Shown piece after piece: positions 1 to 8,455 of a stretch of 32,000 bases of DNA (positions within the stretch are counted from its first letter, which is position 1; each line of letters starts with the position of its first letter). The position numbers and the translations under genes were made by a program. Under the pieces are notes generated by a model. It searched no databases, was not told the origin of the DNA, and saw only the letters and a list, made by a program, of their open reading frames with translations. Source of the DNA: Candidatus Saccharimonadota bacterium (GTDB lineage Bacteria; Patescibacteriota; Microgenomatia; UBA1406; GWC2-37-13); the NCBI GenBank assembly GCA_016432445.1, contig CP066689.1, positions 90,001-122,000 on the forward strand, in the 5' to 3' direction.

Positions 1-257
1 TTGCCAGGATCCAAAAACTGTAAAAACTCAGTTGTTTTTTTTGGCTCAATGATAATTCGAAAGTTCTCTTCTAAGGGAACAGTTAAAGTTGTATGAATGT
101 AGGAAGTTAAGTTCGTTGAGTAAAAATGAAGCTTGTTTTTTTCTCCTTTAATTAAGATTCCCTGCAAAGCTGTTAAAGAAGTTAATCTTGACGATGTAAA
201 TCTTGAGGCAAGACTTAGTTTTTCCAGTAAAAGATCTTTCGCTACGTTTATTTTCAT
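1..257 (-). CDS. dnaN: DNA polymerase III beta sliding clamp, N-terminal ~85 aa (gene continues past the left edge)
   Basis: Hand translation of the minus strand from ATG at 257-255: MKINVAKDLLLEKLSLASRFTSSRLTSLTALQGILIKGEKNKLHFYSTNLTSYIHTTLTVPLEENFRIIIEPKKTTEFLQFLDPG... It is open to position 1. The pattern aligns with clamp domain I (E. coli LSLTGTDLEMEMVARVAL...VPARKFFDICRGLP). It lies directly downstream of dnaA on the same strand. The ORF track omits it because no stop lies in the window. Confidence 0.8.
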   Translation of the reverse strand, partial: MKINVAKDLLLEKLSLASRFTSSRLTSLTALQGILIKGEKNKLHFYSTNLTSYIHTTLTVPLEENFRIIIEPKKTTEFLQFLDPG

Positions 258-281
258 ATTTAAAATAGTAGTAGTAGACAG

Positions 282-298
282 TGGGTATAAGTGTATAA
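282..298. promoter_or_regulatory. Two adjacent degenerate DnaA-box-like 9-mers in the dnaA-dnaN spacer
   Basis: Plus strand TGGGTATAA (282-290) and AGTGTATAA (290-298) are the reverse complements of TTATACCCA and TTATACACT, which match 7/9 and 7/9 of TTATCCACA. They sit in an AT-rich 106-nt spacer. Confidence 0.3.
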
Positions 299-363
299 AA
301 TCAAAAATGGATTTTCAAGATATAACAAAATTGAAAAAAAACAATGTTTACGGTTAGTGGATA

Positions 364-1689
364 TCATGTTGATGAAGTAAGAGTTTGGGTTATACGGTCA
401 ACCTCTTGCTTAAAAACAGGGTTTTTAATCATCAGAGCGGTGATTTTTTCAACTCCATGCATAATAGTTGTATGATCCTTTCTTTTTAAAATATCAGCAA
501 CATTATCAAACTTCATCTTAAGTTCAATACGCAAAAGATACATAATTATTTGCCGAGTTAAAACTATTTCTTCTTGTCGGCTTGAGCTTTTTATGTGAGT
601 CTGTCTAATATTATAAAAAGAACAGACAATCCTAATGACGTCGTTGTGAGATACTTTTTTAAGAACATTTCTTGTTCTTTCCTGTAGGTACATCTCGACA
701 GCTTCAAGATCTATTTTTTCTTTGATTCCTAAAATTTTAGTATATACTGAAAGCAAAGCTCCCTCAAGAGCACGGCTGTCTTCAATTTCTTGAGCAATGA
801 TCTTGGCCGCTTCCATATCAATCTCAATGTTTTTTTCTTTAGCTTTAATAAGCAGGATGGCTGTCCTTAATTCAAAATCTGGAGGTTGAAGATCAACTAT
901 TAAACCACCGGAAAAACGTGATCTTAGGCGATCCTCGAGGTTTTTAATCTCACGAGGCGGCTTATCTGAGGTTAGGATTATTTGCCCTCCTGCTGAGGCA
1001 ACTGTATTGAACGTATGGAAAAATTCTTCCTGGACAGTTTGTTTCCCGGCAATAAACTGAATATCATCAACAATAATCATTTTTAAACTTCTATATTTTT
1101 TTCTAAACTTCGGTTGTGACCTTTCCCTTATTGACTCAATAAGCTCATTAGTAAATTGATCTCCTGGACAAAAAAATATTTTTTTGCTTTGATCTTTTTC
1201 CAATACGGTTCTTCCCACAGCTTGAGCCAAATGAGTTTTACCAACACCGACGCCTCCATATAAAAACAAAGGATTGTAAGCTGTTCCTAAGTTGCGGCTC
1301 ACAGCCTGAGCAGCAGCATAAGCAACCTGGTTGGTTGATGAGACAGCAAAGTTATCAAAGCGGTATTTAGCATGAAGCCCTGATTTTAAATAAATATCTT
1401 CCATTGACGGTTCAAAACGCAGTAAAGGCGGCTCTTTTTTTCTTTTTTTTTCTTCCAAGATAAACTCGATGGAGGTTTTTTTATTAAGGTAGGATAAAAG
1501 AAGATGTTCTATTATTGAAATTTTTTTTTCAAGATAAATTTTTACACCTTGGTTCTCACAACGGGCAATAATTTTGCTGTCGCTTATCTTAAGAGGCTTA
1601 AGTTCTTTTAAGATGGAGTGAATAATGGGATTCTTTTGGTCAGTTTTTTCTACATGCTGTACAAATTCATTCCAAAAAGATTGTAACAT
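364..1689 (-). CDS. dnaA: Chromosomal replication initiator protein DnaA
   Basis: 441 aa. AAA+ Walker A GGVGVGKTHLAQAVG, Walker B IIVDDIQF, sensor region ILTSDKPP, and C-terminal DNA-binding domain IV (ILKRKDHTTIMHGVEKI). Followed by dnaN. Confidence 0.97.
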   Translation of the reverse strand: MLQSFWNEFVQHVEKTDQKNPIIHSILKELKPLKISDSKIIARCENQGVKIYLEKKISIIEHLLLSYLNKKTSIEFILEEKKRKKEPPLLRFEPSMEDIYLKSGLHAKYRFDNFAVSSTNQVAYAAAQAVSRNLGTAYNPLFLYGGVGVGKTHLAQAVGRTVLEKDQSKKIFFCPGDQFTNELIESIRERSQPKFRKKYRSLKMIIVDDIQFIAGKQTVQEEFFHTFNTVASAGGQIILTSDKPPREIKNLEDRLRSRFSGGLIVDLQPPDFELRTAILLIKAKEKNIEIDMEAAKIIAQEIEDSRALEGALLSVYTKILGIKEKIDLEAVEMYLQERTRNVLKKVSHNDVIRIVCSFYNIRQTHIKSSSRQEEIVLTRQIIMYLLRIELKMKFDNVADILKRKDHTTIMHGVEKITALMIKNPVFKQEVDRITQTLTSST

Positions 1690-1705
1690 AAGGCTAATTT
1701 AACAA

Positions 1706-1724
1706 TGTGGATAACTTATCCACA
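1706..1724. promoter_or_regulatory. Inverted pair of perfect consensus DnaA boxes (oriC / dnaA autoregulatory site)
   Basis: TGTGGATAA (1706-1714), one C, then TTATCCACA (1716-1724). Both are exact 9/9 matches to TTATCCACA and its complement. They lie 17 nt upstream of the dnaA start, inside the 88-nt AT-rich dnaA-comF spacer. Confidence 0.8.
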
Positions 1725-1777
1725 AATAATAAACATTTACACAACAAAAAGCAAGAGGATATTTCTATAATTTTCAT

Positions 1778-2467
1778 ATGGGATTGTTAAAAGATTTATT
1801 ATTTCCTAAATTCTGTGTTATCTGCAGTTTATTAGGCAGTTATATCTGTCTTTCCTGTCAAAAAAAATTAATAAGAAGCAGTAATTGCTGTGTTTATTGC
1901 AATAAACTGAGTTTTTTTGGCTTAACTCATTATTCTTGTCAAAGACAATTAGGGATAGATGGATTAATTAGTGTATATACATATAATCAGCCGATTAAAA
2001 AGATCATTAAAAGTATTAAATATCGTTTATCAACAGATGTTTTAAAAGAATTATTTCAAGTAATCCCTACAGATTTTTTATATAGTCTTTCAAATTTTAA
2101 AAAATTTTCTCAAGAGTATTTTTTACAGGCAGTTCCCCTACATCCTCAAAGACAAAAGAAAAGAGGGTTTAATCAATCAAATATAATTAGAGACTTTTTC
2201 AATTTGTATATCTCTAATATAACGATATTAGAAATTCTTGAACGGACTAAAAATACACCTGCCCAGGCACAGATTAAAGAAAAAAGCAAAAAATATTTTA
2301 ATGTTAAGGGTTCATTCAAAATAACAAGTTCCAAAGAGATAATAAATAAAGATATTATTCTCATTGATGATATAGTGACAACAGGCAGTACAATAAAAGA
2401 AGCCTGTAGAATCTTAAAAAAAGACGGAGCAAGAAAAGTATTCGCGATGGCTTTAGCTAGGGGCTAA
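1778..2467 (+). CDS. comF: ComF family protein (ComFC-type phosphoribosyltransferase-fold competence protein)
   Basis: 229 aa. N-terminal 4-Cys zinc finger (CVICS...CLSC, CCVYC) and C-terminal PRTase PRPP loop IILIDDIVTTGSTIKEA. Confidence 0.85.
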   Translation: MGLLKDLLFPKFCVICSLLGSYICLSCQKKLIRSSNCCVYCNKLSFFGLTHYSCQRQLGIDGLISVYTYNQPIKKIIKSIKYRLSTDVLKELFQVIPTDFLYSLSNFKKFSQEYFLQAVPLHPQRQKKRGFNQSNIIRDFFNLYISNITILEILERTKNTPAQAQIKEKSKKYFNVKGSFKITSSKEIINKDIILIDDIVTTGSTIKEACRILKKDGARKVFAMALARG

Positions 2468-2520
2468 TCAGGAAAATAGCACTTGAATTGTTTATCCCAT
2501 AATGTTACAATACGTTTCGT

Positions 2521-2859
2521 ATGGATAATTTTAATAAAGTTATCTCTTTTGTTTTAGGACTAGTTGTTGTGATTGTGATTTTGGTTATTTTAGCAGGAAG
2601 ATTTAACTTGAAAGGAAAATTTTTACCTTTATCCGAGGATACAAAAAAAACCAATATTTCCTTAACTCCTTCTCCTAAATTAGTTGCTCAAAAAGGCACA
2701 ACTCAAAACAGCGGCAAAAAAGAAGATCCCTTTTTCCGCTCTTATAAAGGAGATGACGTTGCTGTTACATCTATTCCAAACACAGGTATTTCTTCTCTTT
2801 TCTTACCATTAGCCGCTTCAGCTTTTGGAGCAGGTATTTATCTTCGCCGTAAGAAATAA
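2521..2859 (+). CDS. Small secreted protein with LPXTG-like cell-wall sorting signal (putative sortase substrate)
   Basis: 112 aa. N-terminal hydrophobic anchor or signal (VISFVLGLVVVIVILVILAG). The C-terminus is IPNTG + hydrophobic stretch ISSLFLPLAASAFGAGIYL + basic tail RRKK, the tripartite sortase signal. Confidence 0.55.
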   Translation: MDNFNKVISFVLGLVVVIVILVILAGRFNLKGKFLPLSEDTKKTNISLTPSPKLVAQKGTTQNSGKKEDPFFRSYKGDDVAVTSIPNTGISSLFLPLAASAFGAGIYLRRKK

Positions 2860-2875
2860 TCCGCCAGCTGGCGGA
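2860..2875. terminator. GC-rich palindrome between convergent genes (putative bidirectional terminator)
   Basis: TCCGCC-AGCT-GGCGGA is a perfect palindrome. It lies exactly between the stop of 2521..2859 (+) and the stop of 2877..3425 (-). No long U tract follows. Confidence 0.45.
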
Positions 2876-2876
2876 C

Positions 2877-3425
2877 TCATTGGCTAAATCCTGGGATCTT
2901 TAAGACATTTGAGGCGATCATATTAACAATGAAGACAGCTGAGAAAGCAAAGATTACTCCAATAATCGCTCCATAAATAACTCTTTTGCCCTGATTTAAT
3001 TTTTCCGGATCAGACTGCGATGTTAATACTAAAAAGGATCCATAAAGAAGATAAAGGAAAGCAATCCCTCCGGCTATAGAAAAAACAATATTAAGAAGTT
3101 TTTGAGTGACACTGCCTGCCGCTAAAGGATTGGTAAAACTATCAAGAGATGTGTTTATGCAGCCAATCATGGTGTAATAATTACCCGGTTCAGATTGTGG
3201 AGGGTTGCCTGTTACCGGATCTATTTTTAAAGTTTCTTTTGAGGATGCGTCGCTGTTGGCTGTTGGATAAAGACATTGTTTGCATGATAGCCAGTTGCCG
3301 GGGGTTGGACTAAGTTGGCAGTAACCGCATTGATCGCAGGTAGCATAGCGGTCTTGAGCTGATATTTTTCCAGCCGATATAACCGTTATAAAGATTATAA
3401 AAATTATAATAATTATATTTCTCAT
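2877..3425 (-). CDS. Secreted Cys-rich protein with C-terminal TrbC/VirB2-like (T4SS-pilin-like) two-helix membrane domain
   Basis: 182 aa. Signal peptide MRNIIIIIFIIFITVISAGKISA, then a 6-Cys module CDQCGYCQ...CKQC. The C-terminal part is SIAGGIAFLYLLYGSFLVLTSQSDPEKLNQGKRVIYGAIIGVIFAFSAVFIV: two TM helices around an S/GDP-x-K loop. I recall that layout for the pilin-like family common in CPR genomes. Family assignment is from memory of the motif only. Confidence 0.5.
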   Translation of the reverse strand: MRNIIIIIFIIFITVISAGKISAQDRYATCDQCGYCQLSPTPGNWLSCKQCLYPTANSDASSKETLKIDPVTGNPPQSEPGNYYTMIGCINTSLDSFTNPLAAGSVTQKLLNIVFSIAGGIAFLYLLYGSFLVLTSQSDPEKLNQGKRVIYGAIIGVIFAFSAVFIVNMIASNVLKIPGFSQ

Positions 3426-3433
3426 ATATTCAG

Positions 3434-3457
3434 TATAGCAAACGCCATTTTGCTATA
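3434..3457. promoter_or_regulatory. Perfect 9-bp inverted repeat in the divergent promoter region
   Basis: TATAGCAAA (3434-3442), loop cgccat, TTTGCTATA (3449-3457). Each arm carries an extended -10-like TGCTATA(C/G)T facing outward, one toward each divergent gene. Confidence 0.4.
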
Positions 3458-3512
3458 GTACCTAACGTAGCCCCGACTTTAAGTCGCGAGCGAAGTGGTA
3501 TATAATTTTAAA

Positions 3513-5246
3513 ATGAGATTTAGCTTCATTTTATTCACTCTTTCTATTTTAGTTTTAACAATTCTTTTCAAGGTAAACGCTGATGAATATGATGATATTA
3601 CCAAACAACTTAATGATTTAAAACATTCTCTTGAGTCATCTCAGAAGGCAACTGCAACTAACGAAAAGGAATTGGTTAAACTTAATACTCAATTTAATGA
3701 TATTAAAAATAAAGTAGCTTATTTAGAAGGTGAGATTGTCAAAAAAGAAAGGGAAGTAAAAGAAGGGGAGAAAGCTTTAGTGTATCAAAAAAAACTTCTT
3801 GATCAGCGGGCTATTTCTTACTACAAAAACTTAAACAAAAGTTCAATGGGAGTAATGGAGATATTAGTATCAGAAGATCTTACTCAAGCTTTGCAGAACT
3901 TTTTTTACCAAAAAACCCTGCAGGACGAGGATAGACGGACTATAACTAAAATTGTTCTTTATATTAAAAACCTGGAGGGGAAAAAAACCAGTCTTGAAAT
4001 AGAAACCAATCGTCTAACTATTATCAAACAGGAAGTTGATAAACAGTCAAAATTTTTATCAGGAGAAGTATCAAAATCAAAAACCTATGAGAGTAAGTTA
4101 CAGCAACAAATTGCTCAGCTAAGCGCCAGACAAAAAGAGATTTTAGCTCAAAAATTATCCAGTTTAGGTATCCCACAAAGCGCTTATACCACCAAAGGAG
4201 GGTGTGTTGATGACCGTGAGGTTGATCCTGGGTTTAGTCCACGAATAGCCTTTTTTACATTCGGTGTTCCCAACAGAGTGGGGTTAAATCAATATGGGGC
4301 TAAAGGAAGAGCTGAGGCTGGACAGAATGCAGAACAAATTTTAAAATCTTATTACAATGCCGAATACACTGCCGGATACAGCACTGGAGGAAACATTCAT
4401 GTGGTTGGGACAAACGAATATGGGCAATCTTTTGATGATAACTGGAATATTGAGGAATATTTAAAACATTTATATGAAATGCCTACGAACTGGGCAAGCG
4501 AGGCGTTAAAAGCTCAGGCAATCGCGGCGCGGTCATATGCTTTAGCATATACTAATAACGGCCAAAATTCGATCTGTCCTAGTCAACAATGTCAGGTAGT
4601 TAAAAGGGAAGAGAATAGTGATTCATGGAAGAATGCCGTAAATGATACAGCTGGGATTGTAATGACAAATGGAGGACAGCCAATAAAAGCCTGGTTTTCC
4701 TCAACTCATGGAGGGTATGTTTTTAGCTCGGGAGACATTGGTTGGAGTGGAACGGCTTGGACGAAAAACGCAAGAGATACTACAGGAGATGTTAGTAATT
4801 TTTCTGATCTTTTGTCCAACGCTTTTGATAAAGCTTCTCCTTGGTTTTACTGTGATTGGGGATCAAGAGCAGAATATAACAAAACCGCCTGGCTTAAGTC
4901 TGATGAAGTAGCAGATATTGTTAATGTTTTGCTCTTGGCCAAAATGGATTCATCCACCCAAAATCATCTGTCTCAAATTGATAAGCCAAACCCTGATGGG
5001 ACAGATACTTGGGATAAAGATAGAGTTAAATCAGAGTTAAGATCTAGAGGAAAAACACCGTTTAATTCGATAAGCGATATAAGCATTGATTGGGATCGAG
5101 GGACAGGGAAGACAACCTCAGTTAATCTCTCAGGAGACGGGGGTTCGGTAAATTTCAGTGGAAGCGAGTTTAAAAATTTTTTCAATTTAAGAGCGCCGGC
5201 TTCTATTCAAATTGTTGGCCCTTTGTTTAATGTTGAAAAAAAATGA
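3513..5246 (+). CDS. SpoIID/LytB-domain peptidoglycan-remodelling protein with N-terminal coiled coil
   Basis: SpoIID signature EEYLKHLYEMPTNWASEALKAQAIAARSYALAY...C..QQCQVV. N-terminal signal or TM, then a ~200-aa heptad-rich region. I prefer ATG 3513 (MRFSFILFTL...) to the tracked GTG 3495, because TATAAT (3501-3506) lies 6 nt upstream of 3513. Confidence 0.8.
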   Translation: MRFSFILFTLSILVLTILFKVNADEYDDITKQLNDLKHSLESSQKATATNEKELVKLNTQFNDIKNKVAYLEGEIVKKEREVKEGEKALVYQKKLLDQRAISYYKNLNKSSMGVMEILVSEDLTQALQNFFYQKTLQDEDRRTITKIVLYIKNLEGKKTSLEIETNRLTIIKQEVDKQSKFLSGEVSKSKTYESKLQQQIAQLSARQKEILAQKLSSLGIPQSAYTTKGGCVDDREVDPGFSPRIAFFTFGVPNRVGLNQYGAKGRAEAGQNAEQILKSYYNAEYTAGYSTGGNIHVVGTNEYGQSFDDNWNIEEYLKHLYEMPTNWASEALKAQAIAARSYALAYTNNGQNSICPSQQCQVVKREENSDSWKNAVNDTAGIVMTNGGQPIKAWFSSTHGGYVFSSGDIGWSGTAWTKNARDTTGDVSNFSDLLSNAFDKASPWFYCDWGSRAEYNKTAWLKSDEVADIVNVLLLAKMDSSTQNHLSQIDKPNPDGTDTWDKDRVKSELRSRGKTPFNSISDISIDWDRGTGKTTSVNLSGDGGSVNFSGSEFKNFFNLRAPASIQIVGPLFNVEKK

Positions 5247-6208
5247 TTTTTGGTTTTGTTAAAACTCCATTGAACAATAAGAGTTGAAACTAATACCACA
5301 ATAAAAAAGCTTATCCAATCAAACTTAAGGGTTTTAATAAGAACGGTAAGGGCATAAATTACTAAGTAATGAATGAAATAAATGGTATAAGAATTTTTGC
5401 TTAAAAATATAAAAAGATTTCTTACTGGGAAAAAATTTAAGAAATGGGTTTTAAAGATAAGATAGAATAAAGGAATAGAAAAAACTCCGTAGGACAAATG
5501 ATACAAATTAGGAGGGTATTTATTGTTATACATAACTAAGGAGTGATTAGTCATTATCTGAAATTGACGGGTTAACAAAAATACCAGCAATGCAATAATA
5601 ATGGTTGCCGGCAAGAACCATTTAGTATTTTTATATCTGACAAAATAAATACCAAAAACAATAATTAAAGACCAAGGCAACCACATGGTTAATTGATAGG
5701 GGAAAGGTAAAGAACCTGACATAAAAAAAAGAGAACTACTTAAACTAAGAAAAAGAAAAACATAAAAAACTATCTTTAATTTTTCTTCGAGGTAATATAA
5801 AAGAGGCATAATTAGAGTAAAGAATAAAAAAAGCACGATAAGCCAGTTAATAGCCATACCATCTAAAAAAATAAAATTCCCTAATAAAAATTTTTGAGTT
5901 ATTCTTTGCGGTTCTCCCAGAAATACCAGAAAAATAAAAATAACTGAGAATAAATAATAAGGGATAAGAAGACGGTTTAATCTTTTTTTAAGATAATTCC
6001 ATAGATTTTTGAAATCAAAAGCAAAAGGACGCTGAAAAAAAATATAAGTTGAACAGAAAATAAAAACAGGTACAGCAAACTGGCTATAGTCCCATAGAAG
6101 ATAAGCAATTTTATTGGAAAGATGATAGGCGTTGGTATGAATAAGAATCATAACCAGCATAGAGAGACCCCTTAAAAAATCAATCTCCAAATATCGCGGT
6201 TTAGTCAT
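5207..6208 (-). CDS. Integral-membrane acyltransferase family 3 protein
   Basis: 333 aa with about 10 predicted TM segments. The N-terminal motif YLEIDFLRGLSMLVMILIHT is typical of acyltransferase_3 (OatA/OafA-like). Its 3' end overlaps the convergent SpoIID gene by 40 nt. Confidence 0.7.
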   Translation of the reverse strand: MTKPRYLEIDFLRGLSMLVMILIHTNAYHLSNKIAYLLWDYSQFAVPVFIFCSTYIFFQRPFAFDFKNLWNYLKKRLNRLLIPYYLFSVIFIFLVFLGEPQRITQKFLLGNFIFLDGMAINWLIVLFLFFTLIMPLLYYLEEKLKIVFYVFLFLSLSSSLFFMSGSLPFPYQLTMWLPWSLIIVFGIYFVRYKNTKWFLPATIIIALLVFLLTRQFQIMTNHSLVMYNNKYPPNLYHLSYGVFSIPLFYLIFKTHFLNFFPVRNLFIFLSKNSYTIYFIHYLVIYALTVLIKTLKFDWISFFIVVLVSTLIVQWSFNKTKNHFFSTLNKGPTI

Positions 6209-6339
6209 AAAGAAGTATTATACAGAGTTTGCAATTGACCGCAAACTTCTTTATACTTTTTATCTATGGCAGTATTTTTTTTGAGCTTTTTTTTTGTGGT
6301 CGCTGTCCGTTACTTTCTTAATAAAACCGAGTCATCCCG

Positions 6340-8418
6340 TCAGTAAAAAGGAATAAGCGGTAATAATGTTTTAATCGGACTAAGTTTTACAGTAGGTGAT
6401 ATTATAATGGTGGGAGTGGGTGTTTTTATGATACTGCAGGAAGTTTGAGGTTGAGTGCCTTCAATAAAATACTCAACAACAGCTATTGTTTGCTTTGATC
6501 CTGGTAAAATGCAAGCAGTTTGAGTGACGATTCCTAATGGAGGAGTAAACTGTTCAGGGGTGGTAGTTTGGAGAAACCGTTCCATTAGTGAGCGCCAGAT
6601 TGGAGCTGCACCCAAAGAGCCAGCTACCTGATCCATTGATACTCCATCATTATTTCCAACCCAAACACCAATTGCTAAACTTGGCGTATATCCCAATGTC
6701 CACGCGTCCCGGTAATCTTCAGTTGTGCCGGTTTTGACTGCGGCCTGACGGGATAGATTTAAAGTATTAAAAAAAACTTCAGCGCGGGTATTATTGTCGG
6801 ATAATATTGATGAAATTAAAAAAGCTGCTTCCGGTTTTAATACTGGATCCATCTCGGGTTCATGATTGTAAACGACGTTTCCCATTTTATCTTCAATCTG
6901 AATAATAGTTGTGGGGCTGTTTTTATAGCCAGAATTTGCAAACGTGGCGTAAGCTCCGGTTAATTCAACCAGTTTTACTTCAGCGGCTCCCAATCCTAAA
7001 GAAAGGCCATAATTTGAAGAGTCGTGAATAGTGGTTATTCCCAGACGCTTGGCCATTTCTACAGCCTTATCTATCCCGAGACGGTTTAAAACTTCAATTG
7101 ACGGTACATTCAGAGAGTTGGCTAAAGCCCGTCTGGCTGTCACATTACCTCTGAATTTGCGGTCATAATTTACAGGACGATAATTTAAACCGTAGCTTAC
7201 TGGTTGATCATTAAGGATCGTGGCCGGAGTAATAATTCCCTCTTCAAGAGCTGCAGAATAGTAGATCGGTTTAAAAGAAGAACCCGGTTGACGTAGTCTT
7301 TCGGTTACGTTCACTTTCCCAAACTTTTCATCAAACCAATCCTTACTGCCAACTAATGCTCTTATCTCTCCGTTTTTTGGATCTATAACAACAGCGGCGC
7401 CATTATGAGCATTGTTAACAGCCAGTTTAGAGACTTGATCTTTCACAACTTGTTCAGCATACAATTGCCACTCGCTCTCAAGAGTTGTTTTTACTTTAAA
7501 TCCTGAACGGATAATTTTTTCTTCACCAAATCTTCTTATTAATTCGTCTTTAACCATTAAAGCAAAATGAGGAGCAAAAGAGTTTATGGCATCACGGTTT
7601 TCAGAAAATTGAAGTATTTCTTCTTCGGCTTGTTTCAGTTGTTCTTGATTAATGTTTTTATCTTCATACATACTTTCAAGAACTATTTTTTGTCTTTTTT
7701 TTATTTCCTCAAAAGAATTATTAAAAGGAGATAATTTTGATGGGGCGGGCAATAAGCTCGCTAAAACTGCCGATTCGGCTATATTTAAATCTTTAGCTTC
7801 TTTTTCAAAATAAACATGAGCCGCCTCCTCAATGCCAAAAGCGCCACTACCAAAATAAACCGAGTTTAAGTACATCTCAAGAACTTCAGCTTTGTTATAA
7901 CGGCGTTCAATTTCATAGGCTAAGACTACTTCCTGATATTTCCTGACAAAACTTTTCTGAGGGGTAAGCAGGGAGTTTTTTACAAGCTGTTGAGTTAGGG
8001 TTGATCCTCCACTTGATAAACTGTTGCTTTTAATATTGGCAATAATTGAACGGATAATACCTCTTATTGAAAAACCAGGGTGGTTGTAAAAATCTTTATC
8101 TTCAACCGCAATAACAGCTTGTTGAGTATGAAGAGGTATTTTATAAAGAGGAATAAATACTTTATATTTACCTTGATAAAAAGTGAAAAAAGGCTGATTA
8201 TTGCGGTCAAAAAGAATAAATCCGGTATCTTTATAGTTCATTACGCTTTCCTTGCTTTCCAAATCTTTGGCAAAATAAAGATAAGTGCTAACGGCAACTA
8301 GAGCCAGAACCATAACCGCGGCAACAAAAATGACAAAAAGCGGTCTGACGATGCCGATAAAAATATGGTGAAAGTTAAGCTTCATTTTAAATAGCTTATA
8401 GGAATAATATTTAGACAC
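6340..8418 (-). CDS. Class A penicillin-binding protein (bifunctional glycosyltransferase/transpeptidase, PBP1A-like)
   Basis: GT51 motifs AVEDKDFYNHPG, GGSTLTQQLVKN, RKYQE. Transpeptidase motifs SSFKP (SxxK), SLN (SxN), KTGTT (KTG). The tracked start is GTG 8418. ATG 8385 (MKLNFHH...) is an alternative, since it has TATAAG 9 nt upstream. Confidence 0.9.
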   Translation of the reverse strand: MSKYYSYKLFKMKLNFHHIFIGIVRPLFVIFVAAVMVLALVAVSTYLYFAKDLESKESVMNYKDTGFILFDRNNQPFFTFYQGKYKVFIPLYKIPLHTQQAVIAVEDKDFYNHPGFSIRGIIRSIIANIKSNSLSSGGSTLTQQLVKNSLLTPQKSFVRKYQEVVLAYEIERRYNKAEVLEMYLNSVYFGSGAFGIEEAAHVYFEKEAKDLNIAESAVLASLLPAPSKLSPFNNSFEEIKKRQKIVLESMYEDKNINQEQLKQAEEEILQFSENRDAINSFAPHFALMVKDELIRRFGEEKIIRSGFKVKTTLESEWQLYAEQVVKDQVSKLAVNNAHNGAAVVIDPKNGEIRALVGSKDWFDEKFGKVNVTERLRQPGSSFKPIYYSAALEEGIITPATILNDQPVSYGLNYRPVNYDRKFRGNVTARRALANSLNVPSIEVLNRLGIDKAVEMAKRLGITTIHDSSNYGLSLGLGAAEVKLVELTGAYATFANSGYKNSPTTIIQIEDKMGNVVYNHEPEMDPVLKPEAAFLISSILSDNNTRAEVFFNTLNLSRQAAVKTGTTEDYRDAWTLGYTPSLAIGVWVGNNDGVSMDQVAGSLGAAPIWRSLMERFLQTTTPEQFTPPLGIVTQTACILPGSKQTIAVVEYFIEGTQPQTSCSIIKTPTPTIIISPTVKLSPIKTLLPLIPFY

Positions 8419-8455
8419 GGTAATAATTAAAAGAGAGAAGTGTAAGAGATTACTC

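Noticed and set aside
133-357. 74-aa ORF on the plus strand
   Set aside because: It starts at TTG and lies antisense to the convincing dnaN N-terminus and the dnaA-dnaN spacer. It has no recognisable motif.
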